10,895 bases of DNA, taken from a virus. The DNA lies in the UHGV virus genome UHGV-1779514; one strand, given 5' to 3'. This document shows, one piece after another, positions 1 to 6,843 of this stretch. The notes under the pieces are model-generated. The model ran no database searches and was not told where the DNA came from. It saw only the letters and a program-made list of their open reading frames with translations. How positions within the stretch are numbered: the stretch's first letter is position 1; the number at the start of each line of letters is the position of its first letter. The translations under genes and the position numbers were made by a program.

Positions 1-92
1 TCTTCTGCTGGCAGTACAACGTTGCTACCAGGTCCGTATGTTTCGCGCCACTGCTTGATTGTCAGTAGTCGCTCTTTGGTTATAGTGGTCAT
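1..92 (-). CDS. hypothetical phage protein, 3' end cut by window edge (begins MTTITKERLLTIKQWRETYGPGSNVVLPAEE)
   Basis: ATG at 92..90 overlaps the TGA stop (91..89) of the upstream gene (ATGA coupling). Frame stays open to position 1. Absent from ORF track because no stop lies in the window. Confidence 0.4.
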   Translation of the reverse strand, partial: MTTITKERLLTIKQWRETYGPGSNVVLPAE

Positions 93-298
93 TTGTTAAC
101 CCTCAAAACTTTATGCCCGGGCGCAAAAGCACGCGTTTTGTCTTTGCTTATTCGCCAGCCATCCTTGCGCGCCTCTTTTGCACAGCCAGCCCATGACGTA
201 CCTATATACTCACCGAAGTCTGGCACTGGATATACACCTTCCGTGCACTGACGGCAGTCACAATAGAGATGCATTGTGTAACTTGCGGCAATAGCCAT
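89..298 (-). CDS. small Cys-rich phage protein, 69 aa (CxCxxC plus a distal Cys; possible metal binding)
   Basis: ORF track entry. ATG at 298..296 sits immediately after the stop region of the 300..734 gene; its own stop overlaps the next ATG. Confidence 0.5.
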   Translation of the reverse strand: MAIAASYTMHLYCDCRQCTEGVYPVPDFGEYIGTSWAGCAKEARKDGWRISKDKTRAFAPGHKVLRVNK

Positions 299-299
299 A

Positions 300-734
300 T
301 CACCCTCCTTTACCCTGAAGCATGGCGTCGCTCCGCTCTATACCATCCAGCGCGATTCGCAGTGCCTGAATTGTGGTAGTGCTATCGTTTGGGGCTATTC
401 CATATCGCTCGAATACAGCTAAATGGTTGCGCATAATCTCAGGCGTAAGCTCTTTGTAAGCATAAGCAAGAGGCTCTGATGCATTATCCGGCACAACCGA
501 CGCAGGCGCGGCAGCATAAACAGGAATAACGTCCGCTTGCTCTTTATTGCTTTCATCCGTTAAAGCCCAGAATAATTTCCCGGCCGGATGTTTGAAAATA
601 TAAGCAATTGGTTCTGCTTCCAGCGATGCCAGAGCAATTTCATACGACCGTCGCTCAATATTGTCTCGCACGTCCAGGCTGCTGATACGCTCTTTGATTT
701 CTTTAATCAGTTCTTTGTCGGTTAAAGTAGTCAT
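300..734 (-). CDS. hypothetical phage protein, 144 aa
   Basis: ORF track entry. ATG at 734..732 preceded by AGAGGA with ~7 nt spacing. Upstream gene stop (740..738) lies 3 nt away. Confidence 0.55.
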   Translation of the reverse strand: MTTLTDKELIKEIKERISSLDVRDNIERRSYEIALASLEAEPIAYIFKHPAGKLFWALTDESNKEQADVIPVYAAAPASVVPDNASEPLAYAYKELTPEIMRNHLAVFERYGIAPNDSTTTIQALRIALDGIERSDAMLQGKGG

Positions 735-737
735 GTG

Positions 738-887
738 TTAGTCCTCTGTAGCAGGTGATACGCCGTAGTTGCATTCTTCATAGAATATGTCTCTGCCTAT
801 TTCTTCGGCATCCTCTGGCGTGTCTGCTTCAAACTCAACAACCTTGCAATCATTAAATCCTTCGATAGTCACGATGTACTTAGCCAT
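738..887 (-). CDS. small strongly acidic protein, 49 aa (MAKYIVTIEGFNDCKVVEFEADTPEDAEEIGRDIFYEECNYGVSPATED)
   Basis: Internal ATG of track ORF 738..959. Minus-sense reads AAAGGAGAGTGAT-ATG: a strong Shine-Dalgarno, with the upstream ORF's TGA stop 1 nt before the ATG. The longer track start would lack an RBS and overlap the upstream ORF. Confidence 0.55.
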   Translation of the reverse strand: MAKYIVTIEGFNDCKVVEFEADTPEDAEEIGRDIFYEECNYGVSPATED

Positions 888-888
888 A

Positions 889-1077
889 TCACTCTCCTTT
901 AGTGCGCAAGTGGTTTTTCCAGCGGTTTTGCGCCGCGCTGGGCTTTTTGCAAAAACCACAATCCATCATCCCGTAATATTTCATCAACCCCATCCGTCGG
1001 TTGCTGAGTCTCACCCACTGCCAGACGCCAGGAGCGTTTCTACGAACTAACAGAATCTTTGCTTTACGGTTTTTCAT
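889..1077 (-). CDS. small basic protein, 62 aa (MKNRKAKILLVRRNAPGVWQ...)
   Basis: ORF track entry. ATG at 1077..1075 overlaps the TGA stop of the upstream 58-codon ORF (ATGA). Stop is 1 nt before the ATG at 887. Confidence 0.4.
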   Translation of the reverse strand: MKNRKAKILLVRRNAPGVWQWVRLSNRRMGLMKYYGMMDCGFCKKPSAAQNRWKNHLRTKGE

Positions 1078-1250
1078 CTTACAGCGTACCCTTTCTTCCG
1101 CCTGTTCTGTGACGCAGTAGGCTTACGCTTTGCGGCAAAAGCCACCTGACCAAATGGATGGAGTACCGCTATCTTATGGTTGCTAATAACCAGCTCCACC
1201 ACACGCACAGGTCGCTGTAAAAAAAGTCGTTTTGCCTTACGGTTTTTCAT
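1074..1250 (-). CDS. small basic protein, 58 aa (MKNRKAKRLFLQRPVRVVELVISNHKIAVLHPFGQVAFAAKRKPTASQNRRKKGYAVR); shares its first 7 codons with the 889..1077 ORF
   Basis: Hand-translated; below the ORF-track size cutoff. ATG at 1250..1248, TGA at 1076..1074. The ~20-nt start region is repeated at 1057..1077 and 1231..1250. Confidence 0.35.
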   Translation of the reverse strand: MKNRKAKRLFLQRPVRVVELVISNHKIAVLHPFGQVAFAAKRKPTASQNRRKKGYAVR

Positions 1251-1342
1251 CGCTTTGCTCTCCTGCGTCTCTTTGCTGCTCGTCGTGCCGCTGCAATACC
1301 GGTATGGCGGCGCTTTGGTGCCGGGATGATGTTGTCAGCCAT
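1247..1342 (-). CDS. possible 31-aa Lys/Arg-rich micro-ORF (MADNIIPAPKRRHTGIAAARRAAKRRRRAKR)
   Basis: Hand-translated. ATG at 1342..1340; TGA stop overlaps the ATG of the 1074..1250 ORF (ATGA). No clear Shine-Dalgarno, so weak. Confidence 0.2.
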   Translation of the reverse strand: MADNIIPAPKRRHTGIAAARRAAKRRRRAKR

Positions 1343-1422
1343 CAGGACATGTGGCTTTGCAATTAGCGCAGAAGCCCAAAAACGAGTCGGGTACGGCAAC
1401 AAGCCGATACATGCCACACGCA

Positions 1423-1911
1423 CTACTCACCTCCGTTGATGCGAATGCCTGTTGCAATGCTGTTTATGATGCTGTCAGTGCATGGGGTAGAAAGCTGGGC
1501 ATCTCCAGCAATTTTCATGACATCAACATCTGCATATCGAATACCGAGGTGTATCAGACCGGCTATACCTGACTTAAGCCGAGCATTTTCCATAAACAGA
1601 TCCTTTGCCCGCTGTTTTTCTGCCTCAAGCTCAACGCGCAACTTCCCTACCGTTAGCGCAATATCCTCGTTCTCCTGGTCGCGTGATTTGATGTATTGCT
1701 GGTTCCTTTCCCGTTCATCCAGTAGTGCCAGCACGGTTTCTGGTCCGGCCAGAAATTTGAAGGCGTTGAGCGCATCAATATCCACACCGTAATCTTTAAG
1801 TTCCTGTTCACTTAACAAATCATCATCAGCTGGCAACATTAACAGGCGTTCCATTGCTGGAATTGCACGTTCCGCCGCCTCACGCAGTGCCTGGTAATTA
1901 ATTTCGCTCAC
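1423..1911 (-). CDS. Ead/Ea22-like phage protein, 162 aa
   Basis: ORF track entry. N-terminus MSEINYQALREAAERAIP is paralogous to the upstream gene's MTIDYQVLREAAEKATP; also a shared ...LALLDE / ...LELLGE segment. GTG start at 1911..1909 overlaps the upstream TGA (GTGA). Family assignment from memory. Confidence 0.6.
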   Translation of the reverse strand: MSEINYQALREAAERAIPAMERLLMLPADDDLLSEQELKDYGVDIDALNAFKFLAGPETVLALLDERERNQQYIKSRDQENEDIALTVGKLRVELEAEKQRAKDLFMENARLKSGIAGLIHLGIRYADVDVMKIAGDAQLSTPCTDSIINSIATGIRINGGE

Positions 1912-2675
1912 TGGTTGCCTCCTTTGCGAAGCTGGGCAGCAAAGTCAACTAACCACTCAGTCATTTCAACCTTCCCTACCAGATCTGAACCAGGGTGCAT
2001 ACAGCAATCACTCTGCGCCGCTTTGAAAGCCTTATACTCATATTCTTGGGCCACCAGATTTTTTGCAGCTTCTATAGCAGCATCCAATCCCTGCGCCCGC
2101 ACTTCAGCCAGGCATTTGCGAAACTCGGAAACGTACTGTTCGACGCTCATTCCCCAGCTAAGTGGACATTCATTGAATGTTTCGCCTTCGTGCTCTTCAT
2201 CAGGTAGCTCTTTGGTAAAGAACTCACGCTCAATGGCGTGGAGTGTGTCAGCAAAACGACGTAAGTTACTCAAACCTACCGTAATGGAGAATTCAGGAGC
2301 ATCACATCCGACGCCCATCTGCTGATAAACGGCGGTTTTGAAGGCCTTAAGCCCCGCATTTTCCGCCACCAGCGCCGCGAGATTAGTCTCAAGCTCTGCA
2401 ATTCGACACATAGCATCAATATTTGTGTCCTCCAGGCACTTAATTTCACCAAGCAGCTCCAGTGCAACCTTTGGGTTGAACGCGGCAACATGACGAGCGT
2501 TGTTCTCTGCATTTTTCTGTCCATCAAAGCCGGTCCATTTGATAACGTCTTCACATCGTTCATCACCGGGCGTGTGCACCGCATAAGTACCAGTATCCGT
2601 CGAAATAAATGCGACCCATTCGTCTGGTGTTGCCTTTTCTGCCGCCTCACGCAGTACCTGATAGTCAATTGTCAT
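1908..2675 (-). CDS. Ead/Ea22-like phage protein, ~255 aa
   Basis: Track ORF 1908..2684. I prefer the ATG at 2675..2673: it overlaps the upstream gene's TGA (ATGA), has GAAGG 9 nt upstream, and gives an N-terminus (MTIDYQVLREAAEKA) that aligns with the downstream paralog. Confidence 0.6.
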   Translation of the reverse strand: MTIDYQVLREAAEKATPDEWVAFISTDTGTYAVHTPGDERCEDVIKWTGFDGQKNAENNARHVAAFNPKVALELLGEIKCLEDTNIDAMCRIAELETNLAALVAENAGLKAFKTAVYQQMGVGCDAPEFSITVGLSNLRRFADTLHAIEREFFTKELPDEEHEGETFNECPLSWGMSVEQYVSEFRKCLAEVRAQGLDAAIEAAKNLVAQEYEYKAFKAAQSDCCMHPGSDLVGKVEMTEWLVDFAAQLRKGGNQ

Positions 2676-3298
2676 TCTCGCCATCCTTCACAGTTGTAAT
2701 CACTACAGCCTTCAAAATCATATGGGCTGTACTGCCAGGTTATTTTTCCGCAATGCGGACAATTCCAACGCACCTTCCCGCTTCGCGACTTCTTTCTTCT
2801 GTTTTGCTTTTTCAACCAGTCAGGCATGACCAAACCTGCGCCCTGAACCATTGTTCTGCGGTTAAAATTATTGATATTGAACGTCCGCCGCTTTGCTGCA
2901 TCGGCAATGGAAAATGGCAACCAAACTATTCCTGGTTCGTTTTTGTTGGCGACGCTAAAGATGGTTGCTTTACTGAAGTCATCGGTTGGCAATCCACCGT
3001 GTTGAAGCCAGTAAACATCGTTGCCGTTCCAGCTACCTTTTTTGTAGGCCACATACGCAGTGCAATCTGACTCAATCAGGCTTTCTGTAGGGATGTACTG
3101 GCAATCAACGTGCCACACAGCCATTGCATCCACACTATCGGCACAAACAGGCTGATCGATATCTCGCCCACAATTCCAGGCTTTTTGGGCTTCTTCCAGC
3201 GTGTAAACATGAGCGCGATCGATATCAGAACTGTAACCATTGCCGTTATGGCAATGGAATGAGGCGTTATTACCCACAGTTTCACGCAAACACATCAT
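2672..3298 (-). CDS. hypothetical Cys/His-rich phage protein, ~208 aa, with C-terminal CPHC...C..C zinc-ribbon-like motif
   Basis: Track ORF 2672..3352 begins with GTG and would overlap the upstream gene by 40 nt. ATG-ATG at 3298..3293 lies 14 nt after the upstream stop and is the more likely start. No family recognised. Confidence 0.5.
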   Translation of the reverse strand: MMCLRETVGNNASFHCHNGNGYSSDIDRAHVYTLEEAQKAWNCGRDIDQPVCADSVDAMAVWHVDCQYIPTESLIESDCTAYVAYKKGSWNGNDVYWLQHGGLPTDDFSKATIFSVANKNEPGIVWLPFSIADAAKRRTFNINNFNRRTMVQGAGLVMPDWLKKQNRRKKSRSGKVRWNCPHCGKITWQYSPYDFEGCSDYNCEGWRE

Positions 3299-3312
3299 GT
3301 AAAAACGGTTGC

Positions 3313-3552
3313 TCACTGGATGCCTCCTTGGTGGAGTTGCGCTGCGATGCACGAAAAAAAAGACTCCCGAGTATGACTGTTAAGAGCTGGTGCGAACGCC
3401 TCGTTAAGAACGGCGGCATCACAGCCGTCATCAATATAGAGCGCAATTTTTTTCTCCAGGCGCGCTTTGGCTTCCTGCAACTGCATACCCCGGCACGCAC
3501 GCGGGATATAATCAGCAATTTGAGCGATAGCTTTTTCGTTCTGTTTAAACAT
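3313..3552 (-). CDS. hypothetical phage protein, 79 aa
   Basis: ORF track entry. ATG at 3552..3550 preceded by GAGGTG (4-nt spacer). Overlaps the upstream ORF's 3' end by 8 nt. Confidence 0.5.
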   Translation of the reverse strand: MFKQNEKAIAQIADYIPRACRGMQLQEAKARLEKKIALYIDDGCDAAVLNEAFAPALNSHTRESFFSCIAAQLHQGGIQ

Positions 3553-3748
3553 GCTTCACCTCGATAGGCTTGATGGTGTCTAACAGCAGTCGGCGGCGCG
3601 TATTTTCTGCAAAATGGCGGCGTCCAGTTTCTTTGTGGTAAAACTCGTTTTTGCCAACGACCCACATCCGCTCTGTTTGGTGCAGTTTTTTTACCTTCGG
3701 GCCATCTTTGGTGATCACGGTACCGGTATGGGTTTTTACGATTGTCAT
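3545..3748 (-). CDS. hypothetical basic phage protein, 67 aa
   Basis: ORF track entry. ATG at 3748..3746 with a weak AGGT-type Shine-Dalgarno. First gene after an 83-nt gap downstream of the ASCH-like gene. Confidence 0.5.
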   Translation of the reverse strand: MTIVKTHTGTVITKDGPKVKKLHQTERMWVVGKNEFYHKETGRRHFAENTRRRLLLDTIKPIEVKHV

Positions 3749-3831
3749 GCCACTACCTATTCGAACAGATGAACGAGACAGGCCGATGCTCGTCCACCTG
3801 AAAAACTGACGATTTGATGCATACTCACGGT

Positions 3832-4560
3832 TTATTCCTGAATGCGCTTAAACTCGATTACCCACACCCAGGGATTAGCGTTCCAGCTTTCTTCACCATA
3901 GATGGATTCCCACAGGCGCTGGAACGCAACCTTGGCCATTGCGAAATCCCCCTTGGGAGTAAGGAATGTTCCCGGGTGATCAGGAAGCAAACTTCCAGCA
4001 GGCGGAACGCCCTCATCCCTTGCATCGCATTCGCTGATATTGTTCAACCGCTCAACGCGCACGTTGGTAATTTCCAACAGGATGCGTGATGCCCAGCGCG
4101 GCATGTGAATTGATGGACGCCACCCACCATCAAACTTTTCATTCACAGTGTGAGGTTTCCAGTCGGCATCATCGGGTATCGACCATAAACCGTAATCACC
4201 AGGCTTTTGCTCACAACTGGCCCGATAAATCCTTGCTGCGTTCTTCTCATCGCCACGACAAAGGTTGTCGTTCCAGTCCACACTGCAACCATCTTCATTG
4301 CCTAATATCGCCCATGTTTCACGAACCCAAATTCGATCGCCGACGATACCAAAGGGGCAATTGAAAACACTGCTTACACCATCAGCCCCGTACCACTGAA
4401 AACCTGCACCAATTTCCCTAACCATCACTGGTGCTTCTGGACCAACTTCCGCAGGCTGATTTTTCATTATCCGCCGCGTCTGCGTTTTCCTTCCTTCGAG
4501 GATGGCTCGGACCATCTCATCGTTGAAAATCATGCCGCGCTCTTTCACTTCGCCTTTCAT
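3832..4560 (-). CDS. ASCH-domain-like (PUA-fold) protein, 242 aa
   Basis: ORF track entry. N-terminal MIFNDEMVRAILEGRKTQTRR matches the G-x-K-T-x-x-R opening motif I associate with ASCH domains; C-terminal WVWVIEFKRI is also typical. True start may be the second ATG (Met10). GGGGGA lies 3 nt before the first ATG. Confidence 0.5.
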   Translation of the reverse strand: MKGEVKERGMIFNDEMVRAILEGRKTQTRRIMKNQPAEVGPEAPVMVREIGAGFQWYGADGVSSVFNCPFGIVGDRIWVRETWAILGNEDGCSVDWNDNLCRGDEKNAARIYRASCEQKPGDYGLWSIPDDADWKPHTVNEKFDGGWRPSIHMPRWASRILLEITNVRVERLNNISECDARDEGVPPAGSLLPDHPGTFLTPKGDFAMAKVAFQRLWESIYGEESWNANPWVWVIEFKRIQE

Positions 4561-4569
4561 GCATCCCCC

Positions 4570-4656
4570 TTACCCATGCGCGACGATGCCGCAAAAAGTG
4601 ATAGAGAACAGCCAGAAATAGATCGCGGCCATAATGATTTTGAATGCCGTGTTCAT
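4570..4656 (-). CDS. 28-codon hydrophobic micro-ORF (MNTAFKIIMAAIYFWLFSITFCGIVAHG), probable single transmembrane helix
   Basis: Hand-translated; below track cutoff. Minus-sense reads CAGGAGCTGAAAAT-ATG (AGGAG, 8-nt spacer). TAA stop at 4572..4570 is 9 nt before the ASCH-like ATG. Confidence 0.35.
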   Translation of the reverse strand: MNTAFKIIMAAIYFWLFSITFCGIVAHG

Positions 4657-4684
4657 ATTTTCAGCTCCTGTGATTGATTGGATA

Positions 4685-4714
4685 CATGCCGCGCCTTACG
4701 GCATGTTTTTATTT
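4685..4714 (+). terminator. intrinsic-terminator-like hairpin on + strand (CATGCCG-cgcctta-CGGCATG followed by TTTTTATTTT)
   Basis: 7-8 bp GC-rich stem then a T-rich run on the + strand only. No + strand gene ends here; minus-sense flank is not U-rich. Confidence 0.4.
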
Positions 4715-4726
4715 TCACTTTCTCTG

Positions 4727-4757
4727 GTTTAAAAATCAAGATTTATTAGAGCAATTA
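4727..4757. repeat. downstream copy of ~30-bp imperfect direct repeat (GTTTAAAAAT-N7-TTATTAGAGCAAT) at the cassette boundary
   Basis: 13-mer TTATTAGAGCAAT at 4743..4755 is identical to 6884..6896; the flanking TTTAAAAAT is also shared. About 26 of 33 positions match. Overlaps the HAD gene stop codon. Confidence 0.6.
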
Positions 4758-5261
4758 TTGTTGATGGAGAAGCGCGTTTTCATACTCCCTGACCATTAAC
4801 GTAAGTACGCCGTGACTCCTGAAAACACGCGCCACTTCAATCTTATCTTCCAGCGCGAACGCAATTTTACTTAGACCAATTTTCTTCAGGAGATCAATCT
4901 TTGCTGGACCGTCATTTCTGTCATCGGTGGCAGGACGCATAGATAGCAAAGGCTCCGCCCCATTTGTTACGTGCTTACGCAACCAGGCTCGTGTTTTATC
5001 CCTTGCTATCTCACAGCGCCCGGTTACAAACCAGAGGGTGTAAATGCCGGACAACTGGCGCACCATATCAATAACTGGAGTGATGGGAGCATCAGTGTCA
5101 CAGGCAAGGTTAAACTCGTTCCAGTGCTCTGTTAATGCACCTTTGCCAGGTGGTGGAAGTAAATGCAGTCTGTCTTCCGTTGCCTCTGATATCGTCCCAT
5201 CAATATCTACTATGACGATGTACGGACGTTCCTGGTGTGCGTGTTTATTGAAAATACTCAA
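4755..5261 (-). CDS. HAD-superfamily phosphatase, 168 aa (possibly polynucleotide 3'-phosphatase or nucleotidase type)
   Basis: ORF track entry. Motif I VDIDGT (DxDGT) near the N-terminus, later TGR and ALEDK acidic motif. TTG start at 5261..5259 with AGGAGG 4 nt upstream and an in-frame TGA just before it. Subfamily is a guess. Confidence 0.6.
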   Translation of the reverse strand: MSIFNKHAHQERPYIVIVDIDGTISEATEDRLHLLPPPGKGALTEHWNEFNLACDTDAPITPVIDMVRQLSGIYTLWFVTGRCEIARDKTRAWLRKHVTNGAEPLLSMRPATDDRNDGPAKIDLLKKIGLSKIAFALEDKIEVARVFRSHGVLTLMVREYENALLHQQ

Positions 5262-5278
5262 ATGCCCTCCTCATTGGA

Positions 5279-5314
5279 CGAAAAAAATGCTGGTGGGAGC
5301 ACTCCACCAGCATT
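5279..5314 (-). terminator. strong rho-independent terminator (minus sense) between the 420-aa gene and the HAD gene
   Basis: Perfect 10-11 bp GC-rich stem (5286..5296 pairs with 5304..5314, loop 5297..5303). Minus-sense RNA then carries a run of 7 U. + strand flank is not U-rich, so it is unidirectional. Confidence 0.65.
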
Positions 5315-5333
5315 AAAAGTGACACTGTAACTA

Positions 5334-6596
5334 TCAGCGAACGTAAATAGTGCCGCCGTTCTCTTTTTCCCATGCATCGCTACGTGCATAGCAAACATCG
5401 AGAAGTCTTCTTGCCGCAGTTTCCTCTAAACCCAATTCGACAACCAACTGCTCATGACGGCGGGTAACCACATCAAACAGGGTATGCAACCCTTTAGTTG
5501 CCAGATCATCAATGAATTCCGGTTCGAACGGCAGCTCTGTATCTGCCAACATAACCTCTTGCGCCCACTCAACTCGACGGACCAATTCCGGGCGGCGGCT
5601 TTCCATCTCTTTACAGATCAATTCATGGAAGAACTCTACCCAACCTTCCGGCTGGAACTCGCGGAAAATTGCCAACGGCTGGAAGTTTGGCATCAACCAT
5701 TCGTTGATTCGGATATCAATGGCATAGCCCATGTCGCAGCAGAACTGATAAGCAAAGTCCAGCTTAGAAACGATATAAGGACGCTCGTTATTGAACTCTT
5801 TAGGCGATGAGATCCCATAAGCCAGGAGGCGCGGGAAGAAGGAGATTTGCCCTAACGTCGGATGAAGTTTGCTTGCAGGGAAACGGCGCTCAGTAATGCC
5901 ATACATTTCCTTCTTGAGCGTCGCAAATTTGGCATTCTCATTAACCAGCGCGGTAACCTCTGCTTTTTTATTAGCAAATGCCACGCGCGCCTCGCTTGCA
6001 TCTTTAATAGTTTTTTTGAGCTGTTGGTTAAGGTCGGCGACCTGCTTACGCAGTTCCTGTCGCTCGCTTTTAGCTTTGTTATAGCGTTTCTCAAGGTTAA
6101 AAGGATCAAGTTTCATGATCTCTTTATATTGAGATTTTAGCGTTGAAATCTGTGAGTTCCGCAGTTCAACCATCGCGGTCATTTCATTGAGTTTTGTTTC
6201 CAGCTCAATGCTTATACGTTCGGCATTATCAGCACGCTGGTTGGCGTCATGCGTCGCATCGTCGATCGCGTCCTGTTGCTGGCGTTTCAAATGTTCAATT
6301 TCCAGCTGAAGCTCTTCAATTTCTTTACCCTTCAGACCGAGATCCAACTGCATATTTTCAGCTGCATCTACCAGGGAGTTATGGCTATCAGCTTCTGCGT
6401 TATAAACATCAATAAGCTGTGCGTGAAGCATCTCCGCTGACTGAACCGCATTATCAAAAAAACGCGCTGTGAGGTCATCACAACTAACGCGGCGTTGCGC
6501 GGCCCGGATGTTCTGGATAATGGCCGGGATACCGGCATTCAGGACATCAGGGATACATACATTTTCGATTGATTGGTTTTGTGCTGAAGTGCTCAT
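5334..6596 (-). CDS. coiled-coil protein of unknown function, 420 aa (coiled coil ~aa 85-230, globular C-terminal domain ~190 aa)
   Basis: ORF track entry. ATG at 6596..6594 lies 1 nt after the TGA of the upstream 72-aa ORF. Heptad-rich E/K/Q/L region. No Walker A, ligase KxDG or nuclease motif recognised. Confidence 0.65.
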   Translation of the reverse strand: MSTSAQNQSIENVCIPDVLNAGIPAIIQNIRAAQRRVSCDDLTARFFDNAVQSAEMLHAQLIDVYNAEADSHNSLVDAAENMQLDLGLKGKEIEELQLEIEHLKRQQQDAIDDATHDANQRADNAERISIELETKLNEMTAMVELRNSQISTLKSQYKEIMKLDPFNLEKRYNKAKSERQELRKQVADLNQQLKKTIKDASEARVAFANKKAEVTALVNENAKFATLKKEMYGITERRFPASKLHPTLGQISFFPRLLAYGISSPKEFNNERPYIVSKLDFAYQFCCDMGYAIDIRINEWLMPNFQPLAIFREFQPEGWVEFFHELICKEMESRRPELVRRVEWAQEVMLADTELPFEPEFIDDLATKGLHTLFDVVTRRHEQLVVELGLEETAARRLLDVCYARSDAWEKENGGTIYVR

Positions 6597-6597
6597 T

Positions 6598-6816
6598 TCA
6601 AAGTTCCGTATTAGCTTGTGCTTCGGTCATTTTTCCTAAGTATGAAGGAGGAAGGACTACGCAATTTGTATCCAGTCCCTCACCTATGGCAGCCTGTAAA
6701 ATTCTGGCTAAGGTGAGTCTCTTGTTGCGATACCTGGTGATGACATGCCTGATACCGCCGGTCGGCGTAACAAAGGCGATCAGCCAGTAGTGATATTTCC
6801 GTCGGAATGGCCACAT
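6598..6816 (-). CDS. small basic protein, 72 aa, first gene of the cassette
   Basis: ORF track entry. ATG at 6816..6814 preceded by AAGGTG (4-nt spacer). Stop tightly coupled to the 420-aa gene. No family recognised. Confidence 0.45.
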   Translation of the reverse strand: MWPFRRKYHYWLIAFVTPTGGIRHVITRYRNKRLTLARILQAAIGEGLDTNCVVLPPSYLGKMTEAQANTEL

Positions 6817-6830
6817 AGTGCACCTTGTAG

Positions 6831-6843
6831 ATTGCTCTAATAA
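6831..6843. repeat. inverted copy (ATTGCTCTAATAA) of the boundary 13-mer; forms a 13-bp palindrome with 6884..6896 around the terminator hairpin
   Basis: Exact reverse complement of TTATTAGAGCAAT at 6884..6896, 40 nt apart. Confidence 0.6.

Noticed and set aside
787-1050. 87-aa + strand ORF, one of many + strand ORFs in the track (others include 1436..1792, 1915..2325, 2609..3070, 3124..3567, 5454..5810, 7707..7934, 9629..9922)
   Set aside because: All lie antisense to better-supported minus-strand genes, have no Shine-Dalgarno or coupling, and have low-complexity Ser/Pro/Cys-rich translations typical of shadow ORFs.
2276-2668. 130-aa minus-strand ORF inside the Ead/Ea22-like gene
   Set aside because: Alternative frame of a gene whose frame is supported by paralogy and coupling; Arg-rich junk-like translation.
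3282-3665. 127-aa and 69-aa (3076..3285) minus-strand ORFs overlapping the 79-aa, 67-aa and Cys-rich genes
   Set aside because: Out-of-frame overlaps with a chain of coupled genes; no independent start signals.
5334-6596. The 420-aa protein as an NTPase, kinase or RNA ligase partner of the HAD phosphatase (Pnkp-like repair system)
   Set aside because: No Walker A (GxxxxGK[ST]) or ligase KxDG motif found on inspection, so this reading has no sequence support.
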